Origin: Laetmonice hystrix
Lineage: Eukaryota
Length of the DNA: 64,000 bases
Direction: 5' to 3'
NCBI GenBank assembly: GCA_965235115.1
Contig: OZ249441.1
Coordinates: 27,280,001-27,344,000 of the forward strand
Every line of letters starts with the position of its first letter. Position 1 is the stretch's first letter. This document shows, one piece after another, positions 29,201-42,240 of this stretch. The position numbers and the translations under genes are program-made. Under the pieces are notes generated by a model, which saw only the letters and a program-made list of their open reading frames with translations, ran no database searches and had not been told where the DNA came from.

Positions 29201-31597
29201 TAAACTTGTTTGTATGCAATTTTAAAATGATTTGATTTTTTTGGAATACAATACATACTTTCAGTATTTTGCACAATGGATTATGTTTCAGGTTTGGACG
29301 CAGTCTGATTATGAGAAATTTGTGGCAAAGTTCCATTCTACTTTTCCTTACACACACTACTTTCATAGGTAAGTATGAAGAATTGTTTATAAGTAGAAAA
29401 ATAGGTAATATTGACTGTAGCTGTTAATTGCTGCTTAGAGGTAGAGCAAAAAGATGCAAGGATAGATAGAACCTGGTGTTTATTTTTTAAAACTATATTT
29501 TGGCTAAATAAAAGAAATTGTGAAATGAAGAGGCCTGAATAATGGTTTGAGACCCCTGCCTCAGAAGTACTTTAGGAGGTGACTTTCCAGCATTGTTTTA
29601 TCAAAATTCAAATTTGGTAATACTATTTATTATTGTTTGAGTTTCAGGGGCAGGATTGGGTAATTGATGCAACAAGTGATTTTGATGTTGGTGTATTTCA
29701 GTGGCATGTTTGGCAGTGGAGTGTGCATATTTTCAAAACACCCAATCCAAGAGACAAGTCTTCATCGTTTCCCATTAAATGGCTATGCACACCGTTTGGA
29801 TCATGGAGACTGGTTTTGTGGCAAGGCTGTTGGATTTGCCACTTTTGAAATTCAAGGTTTCAGGATCAATGTCTATGCAACTCATGTAAGTCTGTTGGTC
29901 AGCCAGTGATGGGGCTAGGTGTTTCATCATATCATATTTTGCTGACTGATGAGAATGGGCCATTTTCTTTTCACTGTTCCAAAGAATTACAAGTTTCTTA
30001 ATCAAGTTAATGCATGCCCTTTTCTGATATCGTGGAGCTAGAATGAATGATTATATGAATACCATTATTTGTTGGTTTGACCAGATGCATGCTCAGTATG
30101 ATGAGGACCATGATGATTACATCGCGCACCGTGTGGCCCAGGCATATGAAATGAGCCAGTACATCAAGATGACAAGTATTGGTTGTGATGTGGTCGTAGC
30201 TGGTGGAGACTTTAACCTTCAACCCAAAGATCTTGGGTACAAAATGCTGATATCGAATGCAAACTTGAAAGACTCCTATTTGACACAGGTAAGCATCCCT
30301 GAGTACACAAGCACAAAGTTTTAAAAAAATTACCATTTCAAAATTTCTTTTATATGTACCACTGTAAACTTATGAAAACAAAAACAGAAAATGCACTTTT
30401 GGTCTAATTTGCCCCCGCGCCTCATTTTTGGTGACCTTCCTACAGGCCTGATAATAGAACGTGCTTCACATAAGAAACACTGAGGACTTCATGAACAGTT
30501 TATCAGAGTCATGGTGGTAGATGTGCCATGGCTCACTTTTCTAGTTCAGCATCAGACTGCATTCATTCAGCTCTTGAACAGTTGAAAAGCAAGTAGTTGC
30601 ATCTTCAGGAAGCAGAGCCCGAAGAAGATGAGCATGGTGGTACAACATGTGATCGTCCTGATAATATCTACCATTCACCACCCTGGGTTGCCAGAAACCC
30701 TCACGGTCTTCGCTTGGACTATCTGCTGTACAGAGCCAATGAAGGTAGGTATATATACTGATACCAGACCAACTATGACGGTACCAGACCAACAATGATG
30801 TCGTGTGAAATTGAAAAAGTGTCGGAATGACAGAAATGAACTTTTAACAAGTAGGTTTAGAAATATTCCTATGTTTATCAAAATTATAGATTTTTGATGT
30901 TGAGTAATGGGCCTTAATAATTGTTTGCTCCTGTCAACTGTCAATCAGCCGAATGTAGTATGTATGCACATTATCTAACTTTGGATTCAGGTGTTGACGT
31001 GACATGTGAAAAGTGCTGGCTGACACTTCGCAAGGTGCCGGATCAGAAGTTTCCATACTCGGACCATGAAGGACTTGCTGCATCATTTGTTCTCAATAAA
31101 AATGAATCAGGTTTGTCTGTATTACTATCAGTTGTGGAGGGGCAGAATTAAAATGAAATTTTTTGATTGGCCGAAGCTTGGTCGTAGAGAGCCTTCTAAT
31201 AATTCATTTTACAAATTTTGGTTATGTTTGTATCATGAGCTAGAAAACTAATTATGTATTTTTTTCAGCTCCTGCACCAAAGCGAGACTCTGCAGCCATA
31301 GAAGAACATTTCATGGCAGCCTTACCAGTGCTTTCAAATGGTGTGAAGCGGGTGCGCGCTAACCAGGCATTCCAAGCTATCACTTTTATTATTGGTATCA
31401 TTCTTCTTGCCTTCCTTTCTGATGTTTATCTTCCTTATGGTTTAAATTTTATTGTATGGCTTTTTCGCTTCCTTATCACACTCGGTATGGGTTACGTTGG
31501 CTGGATGGGTGTGGTCATGTCAAACTTTGAAATTAATGGTCTGACGGCAGCCAAAAAAGACATCAATAACCTGCTTGCATGTAATCCTAATAATTAA
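26263..31597 (+). CDS. SMPD2: Neutral sphingomyelinase 1 (sphingomyelin phosphodiesterase 2)
   Basis: Exons 26263-26300 (MPLRLKVLTLNCW), 28222-28324 or 28794-28896 (..LLQE), 29292-29368, 29702-29885 (DHGDWFCGK P-loop-like), 30085-30288 (GGDFN), 30609-30744 (RLDYLLY), 30991-31110 (SDH), 31269-31597 (two C-terminal TM helices). All phases are compatible. Confidence 0.95.
28222..28324 (+). CDS. SMPD2: SMPD2 alternative exon 2a (103 nt)
   Basis: ttttctttag|G GGA GTG ... CAA GAG|gtcaag; GVPIPLLIPHRSERLSALRDVIFPSDYDLVLLQE; open frame, same length and phases as exon 2b. Confidence 0.7.
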
Positions 31598-33198
31598 TGG
31601 GCATAAATGAAAAATATCATTTGGGTGTAAACGTTAAAGCCATCCTAAGTTTACCAGTTCAATTAGCTGCTGCAGCTGCTGCTGTAGTATGTCATACGTA
31701 TGATACGTGTAGCTGTTCCTTTGTTGTGCTTGGCTTTTTCAACAAAAGGGAAGTTATATAATTTAAAATTGTTAATTTTAAAATAGAAAGGGTCAAATTA
31801 AAGGATATACATATCCATAAATTTAGAGGATGTCATTTGTGTAAGAATTGTTTCAGATTTTGAAAATGCCCTCACATAGATGTCTTTGCGCACTTCGTAT
31901 TTCTGAGTGATTTTTCAAAGGCAACATTTACACAATATTAAATCATCAAATGATCTCAGCAGTTCATGATGATCACTACCGTGTTAATGATGACTAAGAT
32001 GTGTCAGGAAAGTACAAGAATGTATAACTACAGATCCGAAGGTAATTCTACTGAGAGTAATTTCTCTCGCTGGATTTATTGAGCTTTACTTGCAACACAT
32101 AATTTATAAGCACATGGTCACTAACATATTTTAGTGATTTAACAATTATATATGTTTGTTTGTCATAGATACAAAAGTATCAATATATTAATAACATTAC
32201 AGTATATTTATATGTCGTCTAAAGTTTTCACAGTATTATATACCTTTATCAGAGTTGTTAAGATTGTTGTCAAGTGAACATTAATGGCATTATGGATTAC
32301 CGTACTTAAAATCTGCTGTAAGAGTGCACTGCTGCAGTGATTGGAGGTTCACCAGCTTGTAGCAGGCATGCATAGATATGAGCATTTTTCAGAGTGGCTC
32401 TTTACCTCAGGATACTAAGTGGATATTTCATGATGGCCTCACGCGTCATAGCACCATGTTCATTTTAGCACACTGTAACTCAAAAGTAATGTCGCAAAAT
32501 TTGGACCTGGTGGCTAAGAGTGCGTTATAAATGATTTAATAAGGCAACTTTTATCAGGACATAATATAACTTTTAGCAGTACCAGTGAGTGCTAATAATA
32601 TTATTTGTTTCAACTACCAGGAAACCTGGTAAATCTGACACAAAAAATGGAGTGCAGATCTATACCCTCTGATCTGTATGCTTTGAGTAAATCTGTAACC
32701 AAATCATACATCATGTAATAATTGTTTCTGTGTGGGTGTTACACAATCATGGATTGGAGATGAATATTATTGGCATTCAAATACAAAGTAAAGCCAACAG
32801 ATATATACAATATATTGTCACTGTACCTTTGTTCAATTAGTCATTTGGCATAAGTTTGCAGCAGAGCTGCTGTGCGAATCATGTTGCCGTTTTTGTTGCA
32901 TCAAGAGTATGTTACTTGTTATGCACACAATATCGTTATCCACACAGCATCTCAAAAATGCAAGTGCTGGTGCATGCCCCTAGAGGCGTTTTTTGGGCCA
33001 GTATTTATATTATAAGGTGTGATTGATTTGATGGCGATGAATAAAGGCCTGTGCTGGAGCCAAGGGTATATTTTGGCAGGCAGGCTGTATTGGCATTGTT
33101 TCTTTTCAACTTATGATGCATTAAAAATAAAAATGCTTAACTGCAAAAGTTGTTCCAAGTTTTTCTTTCGGCTTTGCAATAATGTTATTCAACATGTG

Positions 33199-33803
33199 GT
33201 TCCTCTTCATCAAAGGCATTGGGTCTTGGCATGGCATCACACAAATCAGATTTATGCTTAAAGGCAGGGACAACACCCACGGCAAATAAGGTTTCGTGGA
33301 CCAAATGAAACACCAGCATTTACCTCATGGCAATAAATGCCACAATTGCGTTGTCTTAATGAAGTAATTAACGTGTAACTGCCCGATATGTGATGCTGCT
33401 GGTTCTTACCTTGACTTTCTTGTGTGTTCATCGGAGCCGAATGCTGCATACCGCAGCATATTGCATAACATTACGTGTTACTCTGCTCACAGACCTTGTC
33501 TACACGATGTTTGGAGTCCCAACGTTTGTAAACGTCCTAGGTAATGAACACACAAGCAGAACCAGCAGCGTCACACATCGGGCGTTTACACGTTAATTAC
33601 TTCATTCAGACAACGTAATTGTGGCATTTATTGCCCTGAGGTAAATGCTGGTGTTTCATTTGGTCTACGAAACCTTATTTGCCGTGGGTGTTGTTCCTGC
33701 CTTTAAGCATAAATCTGATTTGTGTTATGCCATGCCAAGACCCAATGCCTTTGATGAAGAGGAACGAAACCTTTTTTGCCGTGGGTGTTTTCCAACCCTT
33801 TAA
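33199..33803. mobile_element. Kolobok-like MITE (33262-33799) with an internal inverted duplication that includes about 60 bp of left flank
   Basis: TTAA|AGGCAGGGACAACACCCACGGCAAA at 33262; inverted copy ending GTTCCTGCCT|TTAA at 33706 that continues as the reverse complement of 33199-33257 up to 33765; second right end GCCGTGGGTGTTTTCCAACCCT|TTAA at 33803. Confidence 0.8.
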
Positions 33804-34431
33804 AGTAACCCTGTGGTGACACATTTCTAGATGCCTGTCGCATGATTTCAAGTTCATGTTTTGTTTTGGACCAAAGGCATGCTATACATAGTATAGTTCG
33901 GTCAGTCGTGGAAAGAGGGACACAGACAAACTGAAAAAATTGAAAGAGATAGGGAAGGGGCTCAGCACTACAACTAGTAAAAGCAAAATGCAACGGGAAT
34001 GCACGTAAAACTTTTATATGCTTGAATACACATAACACAACACAACAAAAGACTGATAGTGCATTTTCATTACCAAAGGGTAAGCTGTACAAAGTAAATA
34101 CATCAATTAAAAAGAAAGTGCAAATACGGAATTCGAGGAGACTAAGTACCTTAGGATGAAACTCAATCAAGAAAACGTATTTATCAGCAGTTATACATTA
34201 GCTAGCACATTTATATATTAGCTAGCACATTTTTGTCTTTACCCATACTTTGCATAATACATTGCTGATAGATTGCTCTTTTGCTCAAAAAACCCTAGTA
34301 TCGGATTATATCTGTACGAGAACAAACCTTGCTTTCCCTTCTCAACCAATTTTTTCTTCTGTATTTTCAACCTTTCAACCTGTCGGATAACAGTCAAATG
34401 TTTAGAAGACAATCCACTGTTCAATCATCTT

Positions 34432-37400
34432 CTAAACAACACGGTAAGCATGTCTGCCGGCCTTGGACCTTGCGCTCTGAAGACGTCCCAAACGTGTCAT
34501 CACCAGTACCATTGCTCCAGCCTTCTGGCCAACCTGATCCTGGAAGTCTGACATTTCAAGTTCAGCTGGCCGACCCTCTGTTGCAGTAGAAGGAGAGAGG
34601 GGGAAAAATAGGACATTTAGTTTTAGATTTGCATTGATCAGTACTATATATATATATCTTATCATAATTTGGCAAAGTTTACCATCTATTCTAGAATCTT
34701 TTTCTTTTTGGGGTGTGGAAGGTGCACATAAAATGTTTGGGAAACTACTAACAAAACAGAAAAGGTGGCATGTTTTGGGTAATGTTTAATGTTAAAGTAA
34801 TTGTAAAGGAAGTAAATAGAGGCTATAACTAAAACAACTGCCTTTTTCAAGCCTGACCAACTTTCCTTCTCCTAACCTATCATCAATATTGAAGCCAGGT
34901 GATAGTAAATTAAACACACCTTTTGCTTTCGTTGCAAGCAGTCTATTAAGATTCTTAATAGCAGCATTGATTTGGCGGAGTGGTTGACTTTTTTGGATGT
35001 AGTCTGGCTGGTTGGCATATTCTTCTTCCGTGATGGCTGCAAGGCTAAACAGTAACAGAATAAAAGATTAATCACTCCAAATTCCTCAAATACATACCTT
35101 TGAATCCCAAGGACACCATGTTAAAATTTCAGGTTTCAGCAATAATCGAAAGAATTTTTAAAATGGAGCTATGTTAGGGGACCATCATAGAGACGTCCAA
35201 ATATGGCAGCAGAATCAGAAATATTTTTCCATTCCATTTTAAAATACTTTTGCTTATTGCTCGGACCTGAAATTTTAACATGGTTCCAATGTAAATACCA
35301 GTAACAGTCCCCTTATGTTGAGGAAGACTGCAAGTTTTAAGAGTGAAGTCTTTATTAACCTGCAATTAACCTCATCACCATTTCAATATTCATACCATTT
35401 GTCGGATACCTGTTGCAAGGTCAGTGTTTTTTCCCTGGGTACTCTGCTGTTGCTGAGACATAAAACCCATATATACAAATTCATCACGCAAGGTTATCTA
35501 TATCAAACTTACCATGGCCCTGTATACTCCTCAGTCTGTGAAGGGATAACTTCAGAAGCATTTTCAGGTGAACTGGAAGTCAGCGTGGTCCCGTCAGAGG
35601 AAGTGTGAGGCACGGTAGTGTAGTTAAACTTATAGGTGAACTCTGGCATGGGGGGCACGTCCTCGTTATCTGTGTCACCCAAGTAGATGGTACTCTTCAC
35701 AGCATCTGAAACACATTCCCCCCCCCCCTTAAATATCTTGGTTTGATTGAATTTACTCTAAATAAGCATAAGCTTAGATGTTTTGATCTTAATTACAATA
35801 ACAGAGTTAAGCATAGCCTACCGACCTTTCTTGCTCACAGTGGTGGCAGTGCCCTCAGGTTCTGTACTACACTGTGGTGAAACAGTAGTCGTTTCCTTTT
35901 TGCTTGGTGGGATAGGATTGCTAATGAATGTCTGGTGCAGGGCAAAAATGTGAATTAGAATCAAAACATTTTTTTAAGAGATTACTAATGTTCTTGGAGT
36001 TCTAAGCTTCAATACTGATCAATAAATAAATGCTTTTACTATTTATTTTTCAGTCTGTATTCCTGCAAGAATTGTATTTTTTAGTTTCTGACCTGACATG
36101 ATTACAACACTTCAGTCGCTCTAATGGTGATAGTATCAATGGATTATTACAACAATCTCTGGGTGTATACTTTGATTTACATACATTAAACTTGTAGGTA
36201 AGTTCTGGCATATCTGGGATGTCATCATCCAAGTCAAACTCTTTTGATATAAGACGGGGTGGGGATGGCACAGTGGTCAGGGCGACATCAACATCTTTTG
36301 TCAACTCAGGAAACTCTGGTATATATTCAGCTCGATCTCTGTGGATAGTGGTTTATAAATACAAATAAATAAAATATTAAAATTATTTGCAAGAATATAT
36401 TGCTTGAAATCAGTCTTAATCAATAAAATAATAACAATGCACTTTCAATAGCCGGTGACCAATTTACACACCCAGGGTTTCCATTCCACAAGGATTTTCA
36501 CCTTTTTTTAGAGGGGGGGGGGGGGGCGGGTTAGCTCAGTCAGGGGCAGGTTTTGAAAAAAATTTGAGCCAAGAAACTTGTATCCCTGGGAGAATAACTA
36601 ATTTTTGAGCTAGAGCAAAGGCTGTTAATATATTTTGTCTATTAACATATTTCTTATTGTGATTATTGCTGAATGGAGGTTGGTAAATGTTACCTGTGTA
36701 TGGGGTCATTTGAACACAACTGAGTTGTTTTCTTGTGGAACTGCATAACACAAGAAAACACAATATATTTACAAGCAAACCTACCGTACTGTACTTGTCC
36801 CATAAAAAATAAAATATAAAAAATGGGAATTTTTTTTCAAGGTATCTTTATAGTTCAGGTGCACTGTACTGGGTCATTCCCAAGAGATTAACAACCAATT
36901 CTGGGATACTGCTAATGTTTTAAAAAAGAGGACTTCCAAAAGAATTTTACAACAGCACCTGCTTAAGACCTGGAGTATTGAGAACTGGAGGAATTGGGCT
37001 GTTGTCTTTGCTTGATTCTCCAGATTGTAGTGTTGATTCTTTGGAAAAACCTAGTTTAACCTAAATGTACAAAGTACATGGGTATGAAAATATCATTTTT
37101 GGAAAATCTTCACTTTGACAGGCAAAAGCAACAAAGGATAACATGAACAAGTATGTATCGGAAAACGATACCATCTTCCAACTATCCATTTCCCTTATAA
37201 TTAATGGCACGCTGATAATTTCCAAACATGTTGATTGCATGAGATTATTTGATATGTTTGAGTCTGCTTTATATTCTAAAAGACCATGTCCTGATAAATG
37301 CCAACACTGCACCTGTTTAACCCCTGGAGTGGTGAGGACGGGAGGAACTGGACTGCAATCTGTGCTTGATTCTCCATCTCCTGATGCAAACTTTGTGGAA

Positions 37401-40400
37401 GTCAAACTGTGCTTCATTATCTGAAAAAAATGACACATTAACTTGACAATGCAGCACATAATTTAGCAAATTTTATTGCTGACATTTCATTTTGGTGGTA
37501 AACAGAAGAATCACCCTATACAGTTGTGTTGTTGAAGTTTTTGGTTACTGTATTGGTTTATTCATTGTTTGTTTGAAAAATTTTCATAAGAAATTTCCCC
37601 ATTATTGGAAACTTGAATGGGTCAAAAGACAGAAGGAGGAAGAATATTATGTCTTTTTCAAACATAAATAACAGGGTCTGATATGTTTGGTATATCAGTT
37701 TGCTATGTAAAACTTCAGCCTGTGCAATGTATTCCTAAAAATGGGTTGCAAAAAATATTTTTTAGAAAAAACAAAATTGGAATTGTGAAGCAAAATTTGT
37801 GAAGCATTTTTTCTCCAACTTTTCAGCCCCTAATAATTACATTACAACATGGACAAGTATTGTTATTAGTATTATAATGAGAAAAATACAGACCACCACT
37901 TTGACTCATGGACAACCACTATTTTAGAAAATAGTTGGCCATGGGCAAATATTTCACAATAGAAATACCAACACTGCACCTGTTTAACCCCTGGAGTGGT
38001 GAGGACGGGAGGAACTGGACTGCAATCTGTGCTTGATTCTCCATCTCCTGATGTAAACTTTGTGGAAGTCAAACTGTGCTTCATTATCTGAAAAAATGAC
38101 ATATTAATTTGACAATGCAGCACATAATTTAGCAAATTTTTTTGCTGGCTCAGATAAACCTTCTGAGGGGACTGTTGCATAGATTCCTGCTCGCTAAAAT
38201 TGAAATTCAATGGCAATTTTAGTGAACAGGAATTTATGCAATGGCCCCCTGTTTATTAATACTAATTAACTAATAATAATAATATTATATGAAACATTTA
38301 CATCATAAGACTAGAATGTTTTCATTTTTCGAAAATGCTCTTACTTGTTTCACCCCTGGTGTTGTCATCATTGGTGGAATGGGACTATTTTCCAGGCTAG
38401 AGTCCTCAACCAGAGTCGGCTTCCTAGGAGCCACATACTTGTTTGGCTGCTTCAATGTTTTCTTCAATGGTTTCAGTCCAGCAGTGCTTAACATTGGAGG
38501 ATTTGGTTTCTGACGAGGGCAGTTTTCTGGCTTTTGGTTTGGCTTTATCTGGCACTCAATGGTCAAGTCAGGATCCTCATTTTCTAAACCAGCCCATAAT
38601 TTTTGTTTTGGATCCATCATTTTGTCTGGACTTTGCCCACGTCGTGGGAAACGATGATGGGCATTCATACCTGGCCATAGAGTAAACAGTCAAAATTTAT
38701 GGATACAATTAGTGGCAAAAATTCCCTCAAAACCATTTTCAAACATACAAAGTTCTAATCTTTTAATAGACATGAACAGGAGAAAAAATCAAAATCGCGG
38801 GAACTTATGAGGTGTTGGGGCAGGGCGGTTTAAACCCCCCTGGATCTGCCACTGATTTTTTTAAATGTTTGTACAAAATACATGTGTATATGATCTTGTT
38901 ACAGTTTTCTTCATACAGTGCAGGTTAATATTTTCAACAAAAGTATTATTATTTGGATAATCAACTACACATTCCCTGCATTTTATTACCTGCATATTTT
39001 GGTGTCAGAGTGTTGATAGGACGTCCGTTGAAAAATCCAGGTGTTACACAAATACCATCGTGCTTAAATTGATCTGGAATACTTTCTGATGATGGCCACC
39101 TCTGACTAGACCTGATGGATAAAGGTTTGGAAATGTCTGCAGGGTGTTTTTATTTTTAAGATGCAGATGGTAACAGAGTAAGGAGTTACATTACAGCCAT
39201 AATCAGTTTTGTCACTTTTAAGATTCTTTTTTTTCCTATAACAGGCATGTATTGCCCCCCGGTGTTTTTGAATCACTCTTTGTATGTAGTAGTTGTGAAT
39301 AAAACTGCAATACTGCTGTTGACTACCACTAAAGCTAATGTGATCATAATATGAGATATACTGTAGACTGTAGTGTCCCACTTTATGAGAAAAACTATAA
39401 AAAAAAAATCATCGAAATTTTTGATAACTTAGCATATTAAATTTGAATAAAATCAATATATTCCATACCCTTGTTCTGGAGCCTCTGGTATGGTCGGTTG
39501 CTTAAAGGTACTGGTTTTTCCTAAATGTGCCGCTATCCTTTCCGCACTGATTCCAAAAGCCTCCATTGTTGGTGTTTTTTCTGGGTCCAAAGTGGGAGGT
39601 TTTTCAACATTCACTGGTGTAGTAGCGGCAGGACTTGAAAGTTAAGAAACATTCACCATAATTTTCTTATCAGTACACTGGAATTACAATTGTGATATTG
39701 CAGAATACTTTTCTGCAGAATCTGGTTTTATGGCCCAAAACCTTGTTGCTGACAAATATTTTGAACATACTTTAGTTTGGGCGACTTTCACTGTGGTAGT
39801 ACATATTTGTCAAGGATACACATTGTTCTGACATTCAGGATCCTGGTCAACTTGTATTTGTAGGGGTGTAGCTGGGACTGTATTCAAGCCAGCACCTGCA
39901 TTTATTTTTTCTGTAAACAAATACAAACAAATCAAAAGGAAAAAAAGACCTCATAAAAGCCCAGAGGTAAATCGCATGAGTAACATGTTGAACAAAAATG
40001 TCCTACCTGCAGGATCATTCTGTTGTGGAGTTTTATAGCCATACTGAGTTAGGTACTCTGTTATTTGCTGTATTACTACGGCCTGGTGCTCGAGTACCAC
40101 TTTACACTTTGGCACTAGTTGTTGGAATCCATCATCACTGCAGAGATTTGCTAGATGACGCCGTCCAGACCGCTGCATTTATTTGAAATGGCAAAATTAA
40201 GGATCAATTACTGGGTAACTACCAAGTACAGGGTTCCGAGATTTTGAGGAGACCATAGAACTAGACTTGGTTGTCTAGTTCTATGACTATGAGGTGACCT
40301 AAAACCCCTGGGTTATCCCATTCCCATGACAGTTGCAGTTTTCCAGTACAAAAATTCTTACCTTTCACTACAGTGTTTCTGTACAGATGTAATAAAGAGT

Positions 40401-40921
40401 ACTCCATGAACACTCAACACCCCTTTTAATAGGAGTTTATTCATTACAGCTGGTTCAACCTCAATAAGTGTATATTGGCTATTCAATTTCATACTGGCAG
40501 GGCTTGAAACCTCCAGGCACAAAAACTTACAATTAAAGGTACCGGTACATCCATACACATCCCAAAGTATGCCAACAGTATGAGGAACAAGTAATACGGT
40601 ACCCTAATTTGGACCCATAAGCCTGTTGCTGGATTAAAATTAGAGGCTGGCCATACTGGAGAGGTCTGCCTTCCACAGCTTGCACACACCTCACTAATTT
40701 TAAAAACTCCACCTGGAAAGCTTAATTACCAGATGTTGTTTGAGATCATCTTCCAATCCTCGTAACAGCAACACTGCACCACCATCCTGCGGACCATCTG
40801 TGGTTTGAGGCTGAAGAACTTCTGTTTGAAGTTTGCTAATCTGCTTTTCCACCGATACCAGACGTCTTAGCTGGGAGAAGAAATTTCCAGGTGTGGATTC
40901 AACCTTGTCACCCATTGTCAT
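34432..40921 (-). CDS. SKA3: Spindle and kinetochore-associated protein 3-like
   Basis: N-terminus MTMGDKVESTPGNFFSQLRRLVSVEKQISKLQ...KVVLEHQAVVIQQITEYLTQYGY resembles the SKA3 coiled coil as I recall it (FCGKLRSL..ETARLQ...KIREYFQKYGY); TPTMEAFGIS, CVTPG and TPGLK motifs. Exons: 40921-40730, 40172-40007, 39910-about 39820, 39633-39469, 39136-38990, 38670-38345, 38087-37980, 37420-37313, 37060-36959, 36740-36694, 36338-36185, 35931-35826, 35705-35513, 35452-35410, 35359-35299, 35036-34920, 34577-34432. Junctions between 39910 and 39136 are uncertain. Confidence 0.8.
37301..38148 (-). repeat. Near-identical duplication of a 108-nt SKA3 exon plus flanks (37301-37480 vs 37968-38148)
   Basis: Exon copies differ at one nucleotide (KFASG vs KFTSG); offset 667 bp. 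Confidence 0.95.
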
Positions 40922-41236
40922 CCTGGATACAGCAAAAAGAATTAAGACAAATTGTGTTGGTGTCAATGGCCAGTCTCTTCAAGATATCAGGGCGAATATG
41001 AAATTCCTGTGTTGTTGACAGAGCTGGGGCGCGTGGGATCTGGGAATTTGCAAACTTGGTACATGGGTGTCCTCAGAATGCCATTTTATTTTGTGATGTA
41101 TCATAAATATTGATCACAGGCCTCGAATTACACGACGGCATCAAAAGCAATTGCTGTGGTGCCCTTTCCATTTGCTGTGGTGCACTCCTATTTTTTCCCT
41201 CATCGACGGCAGTCCAGTGCTGCGATTTTTGCACAA

Positions 41237-41419
41237 GGCAGACATTCCTCACGCTTGAATCAATAGGACACGAGTTCGAACCCCTAGGGATTTATCTTTT
41301 TTTACCATTATTTTGCCTAGAATGAATTCGTTTATGGATTAGGGGTATTTTCTTTCGGATTTAGGGTTAGTTATGGGTTTGGGTTAGGGTTAGTGTTCAC
41401 AGTTTGAGGAATGTCTGCC
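41237..41419. mobile_element. Small inverted-repeat element with telomere-like TTAGGG repeats
   Basis: GGCAGACATTCCTCA ... TGAGGAATGTCTGCC; internal ttagggttagttatgggtttgggttagggttag; no clear TSD. Confidence 0.6.
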
Positions 41420-41450
41420 CTGCGGCCAAGCTGTGCCGTGATGCCCTTTT

Positions 41451-42240
41451 AATAATAATAATAATAATTTATTCCATTTATATAGCGCAATTATACATAG
41501 AGTTTCTATGCGCTTAACAACATAATAAAGCACAATCATATTTAAAAAATACTGACCTTTAAAACTTTAAAAAGACTACGATTATAGACACCAAAAAGTT
41601 AAAAAATAACAGGCATATCACAGCCATGAAGATGTAGAAGAATTAAAAGATTGACTAATCAAACGCTTCTTTGAATAAAAATGTCTTAAGATGTTTTTTA
41701 AAAACTGTTTGGCTTTGTGAGGCACGCATGTAAGCTGGCAGCTGGTTCCACAGTTTAGCGCCAAAAGTTTGAATGGAACGCGTTCCGTAGCCATTGGAGG
41801 CTTTGGGAATCTCCAAGAGCCAAGGGTCAGAGGACGATCTCAGTGTCCGGCGTGGAACATAAACATGGAATAGATCCTTTAAATAGCTCGGCGCGGTTTC
41901 CATGTGCAAGGCTTTCTGAATGGTAGTCAGGACCTTGAAAGTGACTCGCTGACGTACCGGGAGCCAGTGCAGGTGGTAGAGCACAGGTGTTATATGCTCG
42001 CGGCGTCGTGTGCCTGTCAGAAGGCGGGCAGCATTGTTCTGTAGTATCTGAAGACGGTTTAGACCTTTATCTGGGACACCCAGAAGCAGACCGTTATGGA
42101 AATCTAGCCGAGATGTTACAGTGGCATTGATGACTTTGGCGCATGCCTCATGGGTGAGATGATAACGGATCTTAGCAATACGCCTGAGATGATAGTAGGC
42201 CTTCTGGATCACAGCACTGATTTGTTGGTCCGTGATTTGT
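41451..42240 (-). mobile_element. 5'-truncated L2-clade LINE (C-terminal end of ORF2, 3' stem-loop and (ATT)n tail)
   Basis: ORF 41655-42293 contains the typical L2/CR1 post-RT region (SRLDFHNGLL, LQILQNNAARL, HITPVLYHLHWLPVRQRVTFKVL, LWNQLP, FKKHLKTFLF); 3' agcgca...tgcgct stem followed by an attattatt tail at 41451-41468. Confidence 0.9.

Noticed and set aside
35113-35290. Small inverted repeat whose removal would fuse an open frame to a strong donor at 35098
   Set aside because: A simpler model (donor 35298, second AG at 35037) already keeps the SKA3 frame; the fusion has a one-in-three chance of fitting by accident.
39795-39810. In-frame TGA in SKA3 as selenocysteine
   Set aside because: No SECIS recognised, SKA3 is not a known selenoprotein, and the codon is probably intronic.
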